IMG/VR virus record: IMGVR_UViG_3300042549_008472
Coordinates: 1-64,000 of that record
Source of the DNA: a virus
Reading direction: 5' to 3' (one strand)
Length of the DNA: 64,000 bases
Both the position numbers and the translations under genes were made by a program. The notes beneath the pieces were generated by a model. The model was not told where the DNA came from. It saw only the letters and a list, made by a program, of their open reading frames with translations, and ran no database searches. This document shows, piece by piece, positions 61,901-64,000 of the stretch (its first letter is position 1; each line of letters starts with the position of its first letter).

Positions 61901-62271
61901 AATAAATATCCGTTAATTGCTAAACTTCCATAGAGTAATATTTTACTCCACAATGTCTTGTTTTTTTGTTGTTTTATTTGTTTTTCCTGCGATTCTGCCA
62001 ACTCTTTATAAAGTAATATTTGATTATTCTTATTGTTTATTACAGTGTCTTTTAGATTTGACTTAGTTTCTAATTGTAACACTAGCTTTTTAGTCTGTTG
62101 TAATTCTAGCTCACAGTAATCACCTTTTATTAAATCTTTTATAACTTTTCTTGCGACCTCATTCTTTAAAACTACTTTTGTTGTGTCAACCTCACTCTTA
62201 GTTTTCTCTTGTCCATACAAAGATACGGCGGAAAAAAGTAATATGCAAATTATTGTTAGTTTATTTTTCAT
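61888..62271 (-). CDS. Spanin-like/membrane coiled-coil protein
   Basis: Signal peptide, coiled coil, C-terminal TM. Confidence 0.45.
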   Translation of the reverse strand: MKNKLTIICILLFSAVSLYGQEKTKSEVDTTKVVLKNEVARKVIKDLIKGDYCELELQQTKKLVLQLETKSNLKDTVINNKNNQILLYKELAESQEKQIKQQKNKTLWSKILLYGSLAINGYLLWTK

Positions 62272-62750
62272 TTTACTTGTTTTAAAATTATTAGTTTACC
62301 TTTTATTACTTTGCTTTCGGCTTCATCAAATCTTTTTACAGTGTCTTGCCATTTTTCAAATTTATCAAAAGACTCTGTTCTGTCATCTAAGTCTTTAAAT
62401 TTATCAATATTTGGCTTTTCAATCGGATTAACCCAATGCAATCCATTTGCTTTTAATAGGTTTAAAAACTCATCAAAATCTAACTTTAAATCTTGCCTGA
62501 TATAATCGTCAAGTGCTGTTAAAATTGAATTAGCTGTTACTTCTCCGAGTATTTCGAAATCTTCATTGCTTCCTAAATTTATTTCAAATCTTGACGAGCC
62601 GACATCGTAAGTTAAATACATATTTCCTAACAACGAAAATAAATATCTTTCTGAATTTATCGGCACTTCCACCGCTATTAAGTCAGTAGGGAGTAACTGT
62701 ATTGGTTCACTTTCCATATCGTTCTTCAAAATATTTAGATAAATCTTCAT
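62268..62750 (-). CDS. Hypothetical protein
   Basis: ORF; start uncertain. Confidence 0.45.
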   Translation of the reverse strand: MKIYLNILKNDMESEPIQLLPTDLIAVEVPINSERYLFSLLGNMYLTYDVGSSRFEINLGSNEDFEILGEVTANSILTALDDYIRQDLKLDFDEFLNLLKANGLHWVNPIEKPNIDKFKDLDDRTESFDKFEKWQDTVKRFDEAESKVIKGKLIILKQVK

Positions 62751-63036
62751 TAGAGTATCTGTCGATATATTTAATTTGGACTTCTCTCTCTTTTGTGATG
62801 TTGTTAATAACTGTTTTTGTCTCTACTATTAGACCGTCTAAACTGTCTATTTGTTTCTGTTGTTCTCTCTCTTTTGCTTCGTACTTTTGAATTTCTTTCT
62901 TAGTTTGTTCATCTTTATATTCTAAGAGTTCATTAGTATTCCGCCACTGAAAAAATAAGATAATGATTAAAATTAATATTAAAATTAACTGCCAATTAGA
63001 CTTTAAAGAGGATACGATTCCTTGTTTGTTTTCCAT
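62707..63036 (-). CDS. i-spanin-like membrane coiled-coil protein
   Basis: N-terminal TM plus coiled coil. Confidence 0.45.
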   Translation of the reverse strand: MENKQGIVSSLKSNWQLILILILIIILFFQWRNTNELLEYKDEQTKKEIQKYEAKEREQQKQIDSLDGLIVETKTVINNITKEREVQIKYIDRYSNEDLSKYFEERYGK

Positions 63037-63142
63037 TATAGTGAATTATTAGTATTTTACTTTCTTCTACATATTCTAAATTTGGCTTATATTTGTACAA
63101 AAGTAGAATGATGACTATTAATATTATGATTGTTGCTAACAT
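62996..63142 (-). CDS. 48-aa membrane protein (not in the ORF track)
   Basis: MLATIIILIVIILLLYKYKP...FKV*. Confidence 0.5.
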   Translation of the reverse strand: MLATIIILIVIILLLYKYKPNLEYVEESKILIIHYNGKQTRNRILFKV

Positions 63143-63159
63143 ATATTATTAAGATAACG

Positions 63160-63615
63160 TTAATACTGACAAATTTGCCCCGTAAAATTAACAGTAAAAG
63201 GCTGGTTAATATTTAAAGGTTGTCCACTTGTATTCGTGTAAGAGTAAAAGTAAGTATTGCCACTTACCCACGTTCCCGCTGGCTGAAAAGTTTTTCCTTG
63301 AATTACTAAAGTAGCGTTTGGGTTTACGATTGGGACATTTGATTGAAATTTCAAATAAAACCCATTACTTTGACCTTGTCCAGTTACCAAAATAGGGCAA
63401 TTTGTAGGCGGTGTGTATTGATAATAAGATGCTGGAACTTTCATAATTTCCCCGTTTCGGATAACTAAAATAGTGTCGTTTACCGTGCCTATTGAGGCTT
63501 TTAGTTTTACGTTTCCATTAACTTCTAGCTTAGCCGTTGGGTTTTTCGTTCCGATTCCAACGTTTTGAGAAATTGCCATTGTTGGCAAAATTAGTAGTAA
63601 AAATAGTTTTTTCAT
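63160..63615 (-). CDS. Flavobacterial-type secreted protein (VGIGT motif)
   Basis: Signal peptide then QNVGIGTKNPTAKLEVNG. Confidence 0.65.
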   Translation of the reverse strand: MKKLFLLLILPTMAISQNVGIGTKNPTAKLEVNGNVKLKASIGTVNDTILVIRNGEIMKVPASYYQYTPPTNCPILVTGQGQSNGFYLKFQSNVPIVNPNATLVIQGKTFQPAGTWVSGNTYFYSYTNTSGQPLNINQPFTVNFTGQICQY

Positions 63616-63616
63616 T

Positions 63617-63798
63617 TTAAAAAGGTGTTTCTGATTTCTCAGGTTTTGGAATTAAATTTTTGTACTTTTTTTTTGATTTTTCCGATATCGCATCTCTGAT
63701 GAATTTACCTACATCTACGTTATAATATTTCATCTTTTATAAAGTTTTGTGTTGCGTTTCTGAAATTCGTATAACCTTGTTTTAGTATATAATTTCAT
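63617..63798 (-). pseudogene. Degraded small ribbon-helix-helix-like gene
   Basis: MKLYTKT / KVIRISETQHKTL*KMKYYNVDVGKFIRDAI...PF, with a frameshift and an in-frame TAA at 63737-63739. Confidence 0.45.
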
Positions 63799-64000
63799 AA
63801 TTGTAATACATTTATAGCGATTAGCGATTAGTTATGTGATATTTACGCAGTTGACTAAAGCGTACCACATTCCTTTTTCATCATAACAAGTTTCAGCTTC
63901 TTTATTTATTTTAGCTATTTTAAAAATTAAACCGTTGCAATAATTTACTGTATCCCCGACAGAAAAAACATCACATAACAGTGGTTTTGACTTATTGCCA

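Noticed and set aside
63088-63140. Promoter-like TATATTTG and attC-like GCTAAC
   Set aside because: Both lie inside the 48-aa minus-strand membrane ORF and lack a -33 element or partner site
1-64000. CRISPR array, tRNAs, reverse transcriptase/DGR, integrase
   Set aside because: No repeat-spacer periodicity, cloverleaf, YxDD RT or recombinase motifs were recognised by eye
1-64000. Stop-codon reassignment as in some crAss-like phages
   Set aside because: Long genes are intact under the standard code, and TAG and TGA end bona fide genes

Overview
AT-rich window of a lytic Bacteroidota (probably Flavobacteriaceae) podovirus-type phage with a crAss-like tail and cargo module. About a dozen Bacteroidetes housekeeping promoters (TTG-N19/20-TAnnTTTG) support the host assignment. 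On the + strand, 1-35 kb encodes tailspike, ring and muzzle proteins, a tail lysozyme and five large putative ejection proteins, with no recognisable virion RNA polymerase. On the + strand, 35-50.4 kb encodes a family A DNA polymerase, HNH endonuclease, HD hydrolase, dUTPase, helicase, a Nampt-like plus PRPP-synthetase-like pair (NARP1-type NAD+ reconstitution) and a Rieske protein. On the - strand, 50.4-64 kb encodes two more HNH endonucleases, ATP-dependent ligase, a T5 A1-like nuclease, a primase-like protein and spanin-like genes. The best novel candidate is a ~100-nt two-hairpin kissing-loop RNA leader, with fully covarying 7-bp loop-loop pairing, placed between a promoter and each of two unrelated HNH genes. 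Next are a head-to-tail terminal-cysteine pattern across three consecutive, otherwise Cys-free cargo proteins and a third structured RNA upstream of the NAD+ genes. All protein calls rest on motif recognition by eye; no searches were run.
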